In this document: one piece after another, positions 10,373 through 20,021 of the stretch | How positions within the stretch are numbered: position 1 is the stretch's first letter | Layout: each line of letters opens with the position of its first letter | Assembly: GCA_964540135.1 (NCBI GenBank) | Contig: CAZILK010000002.1 | Span: 33,074 to 97,073 of the forward strand | Reading direction: 5' to 3' | DNA: 64,000 nucleotides | Source: an uncultured Candidatus Saccharibacteria bacterium | GTDB lineage: Bacteria > Patescibacteriota > WWE3 > UBA101185 > UBA10185 | Notes under the pieces: model-generated | Seen by the model: only the letters and a program-made list of their open reading frames with translations | Database searches by the model: none | What the model was told of the DNA's origin: nothing | Translations under genes and position numbers: made by a program

Positions 10373-10429
10373 TATATTTCAAAATTTGAGCTATATTTCA
10401 AAATTTGAGCTATATTTCAAAATTTGAGA
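10373..10429. repeat. Three tandem copies of a 19-bp unit 'TATATTTCAAAATTTGAGC' directly upstream of the topA start/-10 region
   Basis: Copies 1 and 2 are identical and contiguous. Copy 3 differs at the last base. There are no spacers, so it is not CRISPR-like. Confidence 0.8.
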
Positions 10430-11067
10430 TCTACCAAAATATCTTCAGGAGAGCTAACCAAAATAGCGCCGCTTCGAATTAGCTGATTAGTACCTTGGGA
10501 GCTTTTGGAAAAAATATCACCCGGAACGCAATACACAGGTTTACCCATATCAAGACACTCTGTAACAACATAGCTTGTTTGGTACAAGTTGTAGGACTCC
10601 ACAATAAGGACAGCTAAACTAAGTCCTGCAAGGACAGTATACATTGCGTTACATAGCTTAGGATCAAACTTAGCGCCAGTATCAAAAGGTGAGATAACAC
10701 AGCCTTTTGAATACGAAGCCACCTTTTTAATTAACAGGTAGTCTTCGCTAGACGAGATATGAAGTAGACCCATGCTCAAAACACATATAACTGGGAGGTT
10801 ATATGTTATTGCGAGATGTATGACATTATCTGATATACCTCTTGATGTTTCAGTTACTAATGTTAACCCTGATAACCCAAGATTTGGGAGAAAAGAATTT
10901 AAGACGCATAAACCATAAGGACTAATAAACTCACACCCAATAACGGCAAGAGATGGTGCTTTAATATGACTATCATTGCCAATGACCGTAAGTATTGGAG
11001 CATAGGTTAATGCATTTTTTAAGCGAGCAGGATAGTTTGATGAACTCGGTCTGATGTAGTCAAACAC
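10417..11067 (-). CDS. dprA: DNA processing protein DprA/Smf (short form)
   Basis: 'ETSRGISDNVIHLAI' (SGxARGID-like) and 'GTNQLIRSGAILVSSPEDIL' DprA motifs. Conserved dprA-topA synteny. Confidence 0.7.
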   Translation of the reverse strand: MFDYIRPSSSNYPARLKNALTYAPILTVIGNDSHIKAPSLAVIGCEFISPYGLCVLNSFLPNLGLSGLTLVTETSRGISDNVIHLAITYNLPVICVLSMGLLHISSSEDYLLIKKVASYSKGCVISPFDTGAKFDPKLCNAMYTVLAGLSLAVLIVESYNLYQTSYVVTECLDMGKPVYCVPGDIFSKSSQGTNQLIRSGAILVSSPEDILVDLKF

Positions 11068-11114
11068 ACTTGATATGTAACAAAAAAACTGATCTTAGAA
11101 CAAGCTTCTTGATT

Positions 11115-12998
11115 CTACTTATAATAGATTGCCATCCATTGATCTATTATTTTACGTGCCATAACTGCTGCGTCATCAGATCCTGTACTACCGCCCTCTA
11201 AAAAAACAGTTAATGCAATTGTTGGTTTTGAATAAGGTGCGAAGACTGTGAACCAGCCATGAGTATCAGGCTTGCCAAACTTGTTAATAAATTCAGAAGT
11301 ACCAGTCTTCCCTGCTGCAAAGTCGCCATACTTTGTCTTAAAATCAAAAAAAGGATAGCCTGTTCCACCAGGTAAGGAGGCAAGCTTCATACCCTCGCGT
11401 ACTTTTTCAATAGCTGAATCAGTTACAATATTAGTGCTAATGATAGGGTTTGTGCCCTCCACCAAAGCAATTCTTGGCTTATATAAAACTCCCCCATTCG
11501 CAAAAAAAGTAGTTGTATTATTGACTTGAAGTGGTGTTGCCAAAACATCCCCTTGGCCAATAGCTGTAATAAAGTTATCGCCCAGATACCAATCTCGAGA
11601 TGTGCCATCTGGTATAAAACCCGGAGCCTCTCCTGGTAAGTCTATACCTGTCTTTTTACCGTAGCCAAGCTTGAGAGCCCAATCATGCATCTTTGTTATC
11701 CCAAGCCCTCTTACTGCTCCGTTCCCGCCCCCAACAGTGTAGAAGTAAGTGTCATTACTTTTCTGCATTGCAGTAAGGAGGTCTACCTCCCCATGGCCAT
11801 CAAGTTTCCAGTTTCTAAAGATAAATGACCCAACTCTAAGATATCCTGGATCAAAGATCTTGTAATCTGGGCTTACTGTCTTTTCCATAAGAACTGCTGT
11901 TGCGGTAGACATTTTAAATGTGGACCCTGGCGGATAAGTGCCGAGGACAGCTCTATTAAAGAAGGGCTGGCTTTTATTTGCTAAAAGATTTTCATACTCA
12001 ACTGAGGAAATACCTTTTGTCATTTTAGCTATGTCATAGGTTGGGTAGCTGACTAGAGCTAAAATTTCCCCAGTGTACGGACTTTGTGCGACGACGGCAC
12101 CACCAAAAACTTTCTTATCATCCACTTTTTTTGCAAGCTCGTTATATGCAAATAGTTGCAGATCGCGGTCAATACTTGTCTGAAGATCAATGCCAGGAAT
12201 CGCGTTTCTTTCAGATAAATCTTTGGCTATAAATCCAGCTGAATCAACTTGATAAACCTTCTCACCTGCAACTCCTTTTAAATGAGTGTCATACATTTTC
12301 TCAATCCCATCTTTACCCTGGATTGATGGATATGCTGTGTCCCCAACTCCAACGTAACCCAGTACATGAGAGAATGCCAAAGGATGAATATAATCCCGTT
12401 GTGGAAGTACATTTATAAAAATATTCTGAAAAGGATGAGTTGTACTTTCAAACCGTATTACATCATCTTTTGTTATGTCTGTCGCGACTACAATTGAAAG
12501 AGCACCTAAGGCAAGTTTATCTTCAATCTCAGGTAAGGAAAGAAACACATAATTAGACCCGAAAAACTTTGCAGCCGATGCAAGCTCTTGTTTACAACTA
12601 GCTTTGAGAGAAACCAAGTCTTCTTTACACCTCGTTAGATCAAGCTCAATTACAAATGCAGGTTGATTTTTTGCAAGTATCTTGCCGGTCCTGTCTACAA
12701 TTACACCTCTCTCGGGTTGAATGATGCTTACGCGCAAGCTGTTTCTTTTTGTCAGATCGCTATTCTTCTTCCCATCAACTAATTGTAAGTTAAATGCATG
12801 TGCCAAAAAATACAGAACCGAGAATAAGAGCAAAATAAAGATTGGCAGCATATTTCTTAATTTTGAAAGCTTATCAGGAGCAAGCGGGGTCGTAGGATTG
12901 AGTTTTTTTGGAAAAAACTCAAGCGCCATAAATCGCTTTTTACGACTATGTGTTTTACTACTATTAAGAGTTTGGGTTATCTCGTCATTTAACTTCAT
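11115..12998 (-). CDS. mrdA: Penicillin-binding protein 2 (elongasome transpeptidase)
   Basis: N-terminal TM helix. SxxK 'STFK', SxN 'SND' and 'KTGT' transpeptidase motifs. Directly after mreBCD. Confidence 0.85.
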   Translation of the reverse strand: MKLNDEITQTLNSSKTHSRKKRFMALEFFPKKLNPTTPLAPDKLSKLRNMLPIFILLLFSVLYFLAHAFNLQLVDGKKNSDLTKRNSLRVSIIQPERGVIVDRTGKILAKNQPAFVIELDLTRCKEDLVSLKASCKQELASAAKFFGSNYVFLSLPEIEDKLALGALSIVVATDITKDDVIRFESTTHPFQNIFINVLPQRDYIHPLAFSHVLGYVGVGDTAYPSIQGKDGIEKMYDTHLKGVAGEKVYQVDSAGFIAKDLSERNAIPGIDLQTSIDRDLQLFAYNELAKKVDDKKVFGGAVVAQSPYTGEILALVSYPTYDIAKMTKGISSVEYENLLANKSQPFFNRAVLGTYPPGSTFKMSTATAVLMEKTVSPDYKIFDPGYLRVGSFIFRNWKLDGHGEVDLLTAMQKSNDTYFYTVGGGNGAVRGLGITKMHDWALKLGYGKKTGIDLPGEAPGFIPDGTSRDWYLGDNFITAIGQGDVLATPLQVNNTTTFFANGGVLYKPRIALVEGTNPIISTNIVTDSAIEKVREGMKLASLPGGTGYPFFDFKTKYGDFAAGKTGTSEFINKFGKPDTHGWFTVFAPYSKPTIALTVFLEGGSTGSDDAAVMARKIIDQWMAIYYK

Positions 12999-13461
12999 AG
13001 TAGCTCGACTGTTTTAAGCCAAACAGAGTTCTATAAATAGAAAGAAGTATGACTGAGATAATTGAGGTCATAGCCCCAGAGACAACTAACCTGCCCCAGA
13101 TAAACGGGTAATGCATCATGACCACAAAAAACAAAGCATGTAGACACTGTGCTACTAATACAAAAAGGATATAGGCAAACACGTTCCGTGAGACTCTCTC
13201 AAATAGCAGACTACATACAAAGACAAACCCAATATAGAGCATAGATGTTATGCCAAGTGTGTTACCCCAAAACATGTCAAGAAAAATGCCTGAGACAAAA
13301 GCGAAAAATAGCGCATCAGCTTTTCTCCCTACGCGAAGTAAAAGCAGCACCAGGCTTAATAAAACTCCAGGAGTAAAAGCTGCAAAAAGTTCGTCAAGAA
13401 AAGCAGCCTGAACTAAAGCTAGTATAAATGCGCTTAAAAAATACATGGCATATTTTTTCAT
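12985..13461 (-). CDS. mreD: Rod shape-determining protein MreD (polytopic membrane protein)
   Basis: 158 aa with about 5 TM segments, in the canonical position after mreC. The assignment rests on synteny. Confidence 0.5.
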   Translation of the reverse strand: MKKYAMYFLSAFILALVQAAFLDELFAAFTPGVLLSLVLLLLRVGRKADALFFAFVSGIFLDMFWGNTLGITSMLYIGFVFVCSLLFERVSRNVFAYILFVLVAQCLHALFFVVMMHYPFIWGRLVVSGAMTSIISVILLSIYRTLFGLKQSSYYEVK

Positions 13462-13462
13462 A

Positions 13463-14257
13463 TTAATTTATTAGAACAAATACCTTTTCTATCTGTGACA
13501 AATTTACACTAGGTTCTATGAACGCATTTCTTAAGGCGTCAGCACTATCGCCTTCAAGTCTTGCAACACGCCCAATTAGTAAATCCGCTGGAAAACTCTG
13601 CGATATACCTTTAGTTAAAACCAAATCCCCAACCCTGACATTGTCCCCAGGTAGCAATCTGCTGAGTCTTATCGCAGTGCCAAATTGGCCAGACACAATT
13701 CCTTCAGCCTTTGGCAATGGACTAGCTTTAGCAGGAAGTACATAGGCTGCAACTTTAAGTAAGGGGGATGTAGGAAGAGCAACAATTGAGTTTGTATGGC
13801 CTGCATTAACAACTACACCAACAAGGACATTCTCAATTACAACACCCGATCCAACTTCAACTTTATCTTGAGTACCTTTATCTATAACTATGCTTGCTCC
13901 TGAAGGATCTTGGTGATTAACATATACTTGAGCTAAAACATATGAGCTTGATGAAAGATTCTTATTACTGGTGGCAACCTTAAGTTGTTTTCTTAATAGC
14001 ACGTTCTCCCCCGCTCGAAGTCGCAGCCTGCTATTTTCAGTCGTTAATGCAAAGTTTTCTTTATAGAGTTTTTCATAGTCTGCTTTAAGACGCTGTATAT
14101 CGTTAAAAAAACTCCCCAGCTGCTTTATTTCTCGAGCCTGCAGCTTTAAATGTAATTGAGCTGGAGTAGTTAGCTTGTCAAACATGCTTTGGATAGGTTT
14201 TGTAAACCCAAAAAAACTAAGTCCAAAAACGATAATGCTTAAAACAATATATTTCAC
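13463..14257 (-). CDS. mreC: Rod shape-determining protein MreC
   Basis: N-terminal TM and coiled-coil. C-terminal 'GDLVLTKGISQSFPADLLIGRV' MreC signature. Confidence 0.75.
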   Translation of the reverse strand: MKYIVLSIIVFGLSFFGFTKPIQSMFDKLTTPAQLHLKLQAREIKQLGSFFNDIQRLKADYEKLYKENFALTTENSRLRLRAGENVLLRKQLKVATSNKNLSSSSYVLAQVYVNHQDPSGASIVIDKGTQDKVEVGSGVVIENVLVGVVVNAGHTNSIVALPTSPLLKVAAYVLPAKASPLPKAEGIVSGQFGTAIRLSRLLPGDNVRVGDLVLTKGISQSFPADLLIGRVARLEGDSADALRNAFIEPSVNLSQIEKVFVLIN

Positions 14258-14258
14258 A

Positions 14259-15302
14259 TTAATTAGTTAACTTAACTTTATGCAACAACTCAGGATCTTC
14301 CAAGAGTTTTCCGCATCCTCTAACAACACAGGTTATGGGATCGCTGGCAATATACACATTAACATTTAATTCTTTAGAAATTAATAAATGAAGCCCCTTA
14401 AGAAGAGAGCCCCCACCCGTAAGCACTATCCCGCCTTTTAAAATATCTGAAACAAGCTCGGCCGGCGTTTGTTCAATAATATCTTTAATGGCTGTAATAA
14501 TTTGTGCAACTGACGATTTCATCGCGTCTCGTATTTCAAACGGCGTAACTTCAACAGCTTTTGGAAGACCTGATTTTAAGTCTCTCCCTCTGATTGAAGA
14601 TCTCAGAGAATTTTCCCCATCAAAAGTATACGCACTCCCAAGCTCCATCTTTAAATCTTCAGCAGATCTCTCACCTATTAAAATATTGTATTTTAATCTT
14701 GCAAACTCAACAATATCTCGATCAAGCGTTGTGCCTGCAATCTTTAATGACCTGTTGATAACTATGCCATTTAATGAAATTACTGCAACTTCGGTGGTAC
14801 CGCCCCCAATATCAACAACCATAATGCCGCGTGGAAGCTCTATACTAAGCCCTGCCCCAATTGCTGCAAGGATTGGTTCTTCGACAAGAATTGCCTGTCT
14901 TGCTCCAGCATTTTTAGTTGCATCAATGACAGCTTTTCGCTCAACTGATGAAACTCCACCTGGAACACCAAGAACAACAAGTGGTCTTGGAATTCTTGGT
15001 AAACGTCCTGGTATTTCATGTACTTTTTTAATGTAATACTCAAGCATTTTTTCAGTTACATTAAAATCAGAAATAACACCCTCAGATAGAGGTCTAACAA
15101 CATTTATTAGAGTTGGGGTTTTGCCAAACATTCTTTTTGCGTCAGCACCTGCTGCAATTATTTCTTTTGTCTTTTTATGAATTGCAACAACACTTGGCTC
15201 ACGTACCAAAATCCCCTTACCTTTCACATAGATGAGTGTGTTGGCAGTGCCTAAATCAATGCCAAGGTCGTAAGAAAAATACCCTAAAAGCCTATTCAAC
15301 AT
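14259..15302 (-). CDS. mreB: Rod shape-determining protein MreB (actin homologue)
   Basis: 'GIDLGTANTLIYVKG', 'VVDIGGGTTEVAV' and 'VLTGGGSLLKGL' actin-fold ATPase motifs. Confidence 0.9.
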   Translation of the reverse strand: MLNRLLGYFSYDLGIDLGTANTLIYVKGKGILVREPSVVAIHKKTKEIIAAGADAKRMFGKTPTLINVVRPLSEGVISDFNVTEKMLEYYIKKVHEIPGRLPRIPRPLVVLGVPGGVSSVERKAVIDATKNAGARQAILVEEPILAAIGAGLSIELPRGIMVVDIGGGTTEVAVISLNGIVINRSLKIAGTTLDRDIVEFARLKYNILIGERSAEDLKMELGSAYTFDGENSLRSSIRGRDLKSGLPKAVEVTPFEIRDAMKSSVAQIITAIKDIIEQTPAELVSDILKGGIVLTGGGSLLKGLHLLISKELNVNVYIASDPITCVVRGCGKLLEDPELLHKVKLTN

Positions 15303-15426
15303 AGGTGCAGTGTATCAAGGGATGCCTGTATTTGGTAGTCATAAATAAGTATGTTTTTATAAATACCTTTAGCTTTCTAAATGTACGTCCTAGTAGCTTT
15401 TGCCTAGGATATAGTAAAATGCATAC

Positions 15427-15960
15427 ATGCCAGTTTTAGAGATAATTAAAATACCAAGTCCAGTCCTACATGAAAAATGTAGACTCGTCAAAGAGCTTAA
15501 CCAAGATATTAAAAACCAGATAATTGGACTATCCGACACTCTTGCCGATCCAACAACAAAAGGTGTAGGTCTTGCAGCTCCGCAACTAGGTTTCACAACA
15601 AGAATATGTGTTGTTTTAAAGTTTTCTCAGGAAAAGGATGCACCTCCAACTGAGTTTGTCTTAATAAATCCTGTTATAACAAAGTTCTCATCTCCGACTG
15701 ATATAAGGTGGGAGGGATGTTTAAGTATCCCGGATACTTTTTGCAAAATTCAAAGAAGCAAAGAGATCACAGTTACCTTTATAAACATAAATGGCGAAGC
15801 TCAAAAGCTTAAAGCTACAGGCTTTTTTGCACGGGTGATTCAGCATGAAGTAGATCATTTAGATGGTATTTTAATAACTGATAAATGTGTTGGGGAGCCT
15901 GTAACTGAGGCTGAGCTGGATAAGCTAATGGAGGGTGAAAAGCTTAGAAAAAATGATTAA
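15427..15960 (+). CDS. def: Peptide deformylase
   Basis: Motifs 'GVGLAAPQLG', 'EGCLSIP' and 'QHEVDHLDG'. Confidence 0.9.
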   Translation: MPVLEIIKIPSPVLHEKCRLVKELNQDIKNQIIGLSDTLADPTTKGVGLAAPQLGFTTRICVVLKFSQEKDAPPTEFVLINPVITKFSSPTDIRWEGCLSIPDTFCKIQRSKEITVTFININGEAQKLKATGFFARVIQHEVDHLDGILITDKCVGEPVTEAELDKLMEGEKLRKND

Positions 15961-16873
15961 AGTTGCATTCTTTGGTACTTCAAACAAGTCGCTCCCGATT
16001 CTTGAAAACCTCAGTCGTAATCTCGATCTGTTACTATGTGTTACTAAAAGCGACAGAGTTTCCGGAAGAAAACAAATAAGTACACCAACGGTTGTTAAGA
16101 CTTGGGCACAAACACACAATGTTAAGGTGCTGGAGATTAATAGGTTAGATGAAGAGAGCACTGAAACTATAATCTCAAGCTTAAAAGACTTAAAGATCGA
16201 CTGTGTTATTGTTGCAGACTTCAGTTTTATCATTCCCAAAGCAATTATTAGCACTCCCCCATTTGGATTGATTAACATTCACTTCTCAGAGCTGCCAAAA
16301 TACAGAGGGGCAAGCCCTGTTCAACATACTATTTTAAATGGAGACAAAACAACTGCTGTTACATTTATGCTTATGAGCGAGGGGATGGATGAAGGAGATA
16401 TACTAACTCAATTTCCAGTAGAAGTCCCAGAGGAGATAGATACAGGGCAGCTATATAACAGTTTATTTAACCTAGCTGGTGAGAAGACAGCACAAGTGGT
16501 CTCAGACTATGTAAATGGGTACTTGAAACCGCAACCTCAAGAAGAGAGTAAAGTAACATACTGCTTTTCCAAAAGTCATCCAAAATCAACATTAATATAT
16601 AAAGAAGACGCCAGACTCAATTGGAGCGACTCCCCTCTTTCTCTTTACAGACAAATTCGAGCTTATAACCCATGGCCAGTTGCTTGGACTACTTTAGGCG
16701 AGCTTAAGACACAAGGATTTAGTTTAAAAGACTTAGAGAAAAAAGATCTTAAGCTTAAGATATATACAGCCAAGCTAACCGATACTGAATTGCTACCTTT
16801 GATTGTCCAACCTGAAAATGGCAAAAAAATAACATTTGAAGAACTTCTAAATGGCTATTTTGTGAAAGGGTAA
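15953..16873 (+). CDS. fmt: Methionyl-tRNA formyltransferase
   Basis: N-terminal 'MIKVAFFGTS', formyltransferase core 'NIHFSELPKYRGASPVQ', and a C-terminal domain. The ATG overlaps the def stop (def-fmt operon). Confidence 0.85.
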   Translation: MIKVAFFGTSNKSLPILENLSRNLDLLLCVTKSDRVSGRKQISTPTVVKTWAQTHNVKVLEINRLDEESTETIISSLKDLKIDCVIVADFSFIIPKAIISTPPFGLINIHFSELPKYRGASPVQHTILNGDKTTAVTFMLMSEGMDEGDILTQFPVEVPEEIDTGQLYNSLFNLAGEKTAQVVSDYVNGYLKPQPQEESKVTYCFSKSHPKSTLIYKEDARLNWSDSPLSLYRQIRAYNPWPVAWTTLGELKTQGFSLKDLEKKDLKLKIYTAKLTDTELLPLIVQPENGKKITFEELLNGYFVKG

Positions 16874-16879
16874 GAGATT

Positions 16880-17134
16880 TTAAGCAAGAGCTGCTTGTGA
16901 GGCTACAAGTGCCTTGGCTTCTTTATCGGCAAGATTTCTTTCGTATTTGATTCTTTTTAAACAAGAAGAGCACATCTTAATTTTAATGTTAACTCCATCA
17001 ATCTTAAGCTTTTTCTCAAACAAATTAGGCTCTTGTCTGGAAAGGGTTCTTCTAACAACACGGCGTCCAATACCTCTTTTAACAAGATTTGATTTAAGAT
17101 AGCTTTTTAAACAGATTTCGCAAACTTTTGACAT
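16880..17134 (-). CDS. rpmB: 50S ribosomal protein L28 (Zn-ribbon type)
   Basis: 'MSKVCEIC...RRTLSRQEPNLFEKK...CSSCLK' is similar to the Thermus-type L28 with two CxxC pairs. Confidence 0.7.
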   Translation of the reverse strand: MSKVCEICLKSYLKSNLVKRGIGRRVVRRTLSRQEPNLFEKKLKIDGVNIKIKMCSSCLKRIKYERNLADKEAKALVASQAALA

Positions 17135-17186
17135 AACTTAGGGATTAAAACACAAAACGCTCTTGACTGTCAATCTTTGTCTGATT

Positions 17187-17717
17187 TTAAAGGGAATGCT
17201 GGTTGCCTACACCTATACTTACAACTTTTTCTTTGCTGGTCTCTTGGAGTAAGTCAGATTCAAGAGGTTTAGCAATGGTATCGTCTTTTGCGATCCGGTC
17301 AGTGTCTCTTTTGATGTGAAGTAGTGTGTTTTTCTGGAGTTCCTCAAGCTTCTCTATCCTACTCTCCCATTTACTCTCTGATGCATGAAGTAAAGACATC
17401 ATGATGAATGTAAGGATTGTAGTTGTTGTATTAATCATCAAGTGCCATATTTCACCAAAGCCTAGGAAAAACCCTGATGGAAACCAGATAACAACAAGAA
17501 GAAGTGATAGCGCAAACCAATAGGGCGTACCAACAACTGAATCAACAGTGTCTGAGAGTTTCTCAAACATATTATAGATACGCCGACCAGTGGAGAGATC
17601 TTGTGACCCGGGCAGGTTTTTTGACATTAGTAGAATGGTATAAAATGCTTTAGTTAGTGTCAATGAATATGTTAAACTTTTTTGTGCACTTACATTAAAT
17701 TTAATGGTATGATTCAC
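17187..17717 (-). CDS. Small membrane protein, low-affinity iron permease-like (PF04120-like)
   Basis: Two TM helices followed by 'INTTTTILTF' and a C-terminal coiled-coil. Pattern recalled from the Iron_permease/DUF family. The start may be an internal Met. Confidence 0.35.
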   Translation of the reverse strand: MNHTIKFNVSAQKSLTYSLTLTKAFYTILLMSKNLPGSQDLSTGRRIYNMFEKLSDTVDSVVGTPYWFALSLLLVVIWFPSGFFLGFGEIWHLMINTTTTILTFIMMSLLHASESKWESRIEKLEELQKNTLLHIKRDTDRIAKDDTIAKPLESDLLQETSKEKVVSIGVGNQHSL

Positions 17718-17747
17718 TGTAAAAGTTGCTGTTAGACTAAAGTACTT

Positions 17748-17822
17748 GCCACCTTAGCTCAGCGGTAGAGCAATCCTTTTGTAAGGGATAGGTCGTGGGT
17801 TCAAATCCCACAGGTGGCTCCA
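17748..17822 (+). tRNA. tRNA-Thr (anticodon TGT)
   Basis: 75 nt cloverleaf. Acceptor GCCACCT/AGGTGGC, anticodon loop TTTGTAA, T-loop TTCAAAT, encoded CCA. Confidence 0.85.
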
Positions 17823-17844
17823 TTAAGTTTTAGAAGATAGAAAT

Positions 17845-17930
17845 GCCGGGATACCGAAGCGGCCAAACGGGGCAGACTGTAAATCTGCTGGTGTAAACCT
17901 ACACAGGTTCGAATCCTGTTCCCGGCACCA
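17845..17930 (+). tRNA. tRNA-Tyr (anticodon GTA), long variable arm
   Basis: 86 nt. Anticodon loop CTGTAAA, T-arm GGTTCGAATCC, encoded CCA. Confidence 0.85.
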
Positions 17931-17947
17931 ATTTATCTTCTATAAAA

Positions 17948-18022
17948 GCCTGGGTAGTTCAGTGGTAGAACGCCTCCATGGTAAGGAGGAGGTCGAGGGT
18001 TCAATTCCCTCCTCAGGCTCCA
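17948..18022 (+). tRNA. tRNA-Thr (anticodon GGT)
   Basis: 75 nt. Anticodon stem CCTCC/GGAGG with loop ATGGTAA. T-arm GGGTTCAATTCCC, CCA. The Thr-Tyr-Thr order resembles the thrU-tyrU-(glyT)-thrT cluster. Confidence 0.85.
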
Positions 18023-18121
18023 CTCATTAAATAAAATAGCGAAGCATAACAAGCAGCATTTGACATAAAGTATACGCGGTGGTATAAGAACTATAGGTCC
18101 AATTTATGCGCAGGAAAGCTT

Positions 18122-19018
18122 ATGGATAATTTTGGAAAATTTCTAACAATAACAACCTTTGGCTTCACTATAGCCGCTTGTGGGGTACGGCCTGAAACTC
18201 AGGAAACGAACACACAGCCAGACACTGAACTCCCAGAAGAACAACCCCCAACAGCAGCTCCAGCAAATCAAGCTGGCACTAATAGCGATGCTCTAACTGC
18301 CGCAACATTACCAGATATCATGAGGTATTCAGGTCTATCAGATAAACCATATACTCGCGATGTTATACTCAATAGAATGAACGGTATCCCCACAATTATC
18401 GAAATAGCCGGCATAGACCCTAATATTTATATTGAGCGTACAACAATTGCACGAGTTTTAGATTTGTGTGACGAATTAGAAGGTATACCGCTGTTTGACG
18501 ATGAAAGTCAGGACTACATTGAAGGCGAGGTTCTTCGACTAACTAGCAGAGAAGGTCTGCCTGTTACGCTAACTTTGTTTAATGAGGATGCTGTAAGAGA
18601 GGGTATGGCAGGAGACAGTGAAGCGACAGAATCTGGTAGCTTTGCATTACTTCAGGATGTTCCAATGCCTGTGAGATTCGAAGAATACGCCAATGGGACA
18701 CAAATTATAATCCCTGTAGGAGCAGGTATTACTGTCACCGCGTATAATGGAGAGATAGCATCAAATCTTTTTAAAGCCAGGCTTGCTACACAAACCGGCG
18801 ATATAACTCGTGATGTAAATTTAACCAACTTAATTGCTGAAAGCCTCGGTGTTGCGTACGCTATTGCCGCACAAGGTGAAAGCTACGAAAGCTACTTGAT
18901 GTGGTTAAGAATAAGTTCTGCTGATGATTACGGACGACTTGCTGACGGAAGACCTCTAGTGGTATCACCAAACACATACGCAAAGCTTAGCTTACCCGCG
19001 ATACTAACTTACCAGTAA
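18122..19018 (+). CDS. Hypothetical lipoprotein (signal peptide plus lipobox 'TIAAC'), markedly higher GC than the flanks
   Basis: N-terminal hydrophobic segment ending IAAC. Pro/Thr/Gln-rich linker. GC about 50% versus about 38% background, judged by eye. Confidence 0.5.
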   Translation: MDNFGKFLTITTFGFTIAACGVRPETQETNTQPDTELPEEQPPTAAPANQAGTNSDALTAATLPDIMRYSGLSDKPYTRDVILNRMNGIPTIIEIAGIDPNIYIERTTIARVLDLCDELEGIPLFDDESQDYIEGEVLRLTSREGLPVTLTLFNEDAVREGMAGDSEATESGSFALLQDVPMPVRFEEYANGTQIIIPVGAGITVTAYNGEIASNLFKARLATQTGDITRDVNLTNLIAESLGVAYAIAAQGESYESYLMWLRISSADDYGRLADGRPLVVSPNTYAKLSLPAILTYQ

Positions 19019-19089
19019 GTACTATCTGCAAAACAGAATTGCTTGTATTCCAAAACAATCATATAATCATTAAGTCTTTCGCGAGTAAA

Positions 19090-19163
19090 AGGGGCGTGGT
19101 GAAGAGGTATCACAGAGGTCTCCAAAACCTTTATCGGGGGTTCGATTCCCTCCGCCCCTGCCA
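19090..19163 (+). tRNA. tRNA-Trp (anticodon CCA)
   Basis: 74 nt. Acceptor AGGGGCG/CGCCCCT, anticodon loop CTCCAAA, T-arm GGGGGTTCGATTCCCTCC, CCA. Confidence 0.8.
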
Positions 19164-19364
19164 ATCAATCTTCTTTATATATGGAGGACATCTCCTCTTT
19201 TACTCTATCTGATAGGTATACTTTTATCAACGATTGATAAGGAACATCTTGAGAGTTTGCGAGTGTTTTAATTCGCGCCAAAAGATGCTTTGGAAGACGA
19301 AGAGAAATGGATTAGGTGCTAAGCTTTAGATTAGGAAAAACTACTCTTTCAGCTTTAGAAGACG

Positions 19365-20021
19365 CTACAATTTACCTTTTTCAAACTTAAAATCAAAAAG
19401 GTTTGGCAGGTTCTTTCCTGTTATACCCTGCAACCTAGCAGCCTTCTCGGCCGGACTCAACAAGGGATACCAGAGCTTGTCCGTTACTAATTGGGAACCC
19501 ATCAGCGCATATGCCGGTGTTATGATTAACTGAAATGCATTAAAAGCATCGATGCGAGGATCACCGGTTGGATTTTCAGGCATGAAATATAAACTTCCCA
19601 TTGTTATAAGACCTGAGACAGCTCCTGATGTTACTACTTGTGCCACCTGCGTTCTTCTGCCCTCTTGTCTCGCATTCGGATCTATGGCTCTAATTAAGTG
19701 CTCTCTTTCATGCCTCCAGACAGTATGAACATTTTGTCTAATGGCTGCTTCAACTATTTCTGGATGGGCGTGATCTAGCACTCTTGCAATGCCAACCATA
19801 CTATCAATATTCAAAAACAATGCGGGCGATGTTACTTCTGGGTATGTTGCCCCTATTAAATCTCGTACCTTTAGGACATCAGCCAATTTCATGGCAGGAG
19901 CGCTAACCGGTCCAAGTGCTCGCCAAAACTTACTATCAACACTTTTACGCCTCATATCACTCGAAACATGTGCGATTAGTAGCTTGCTATCGGTAAAAAA
20001 TAACACTCTCTCTCTCTGCAA
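19365..20021 (-). CDS. Hypothetical protein (higher GC). Possibly the C-terminal part of a gene split from 19987-20235.
   Basis: 218-aa ORF overlapping the next ORF by 35 nt in another frame. No recognisable motif. Confidence 0.35.
   Translation of the reverse strand: MQRERVLFFTDSKLLIAHVSSDMRRKSVDSKFWRALGPVSAPAMKLADVLKVRDLIGATYPEVTSPALFLNIDSMVGIARVLDHAHPEIVEAAIRQNVHTVWRHEREHLIRAIDPNARQEGRRTQVAQVVTSGAVSGLITMGSLYFMPENPTGDPRIDAFNAFQLIITPAYALMGSQLVTDKLWYPLLSPAEKAARLQGITGKNLPNLFDFKFEKGKL

Noticed and set aside
10373-10429. Possibility that the 19-bp tandem repeats are a CRISPR array
   Set aside because: The units are contiguous with no spacers, there are only three copies, and there are no cas genes. 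It is a tandem direct repeat in a promoter, not a CRISPR.
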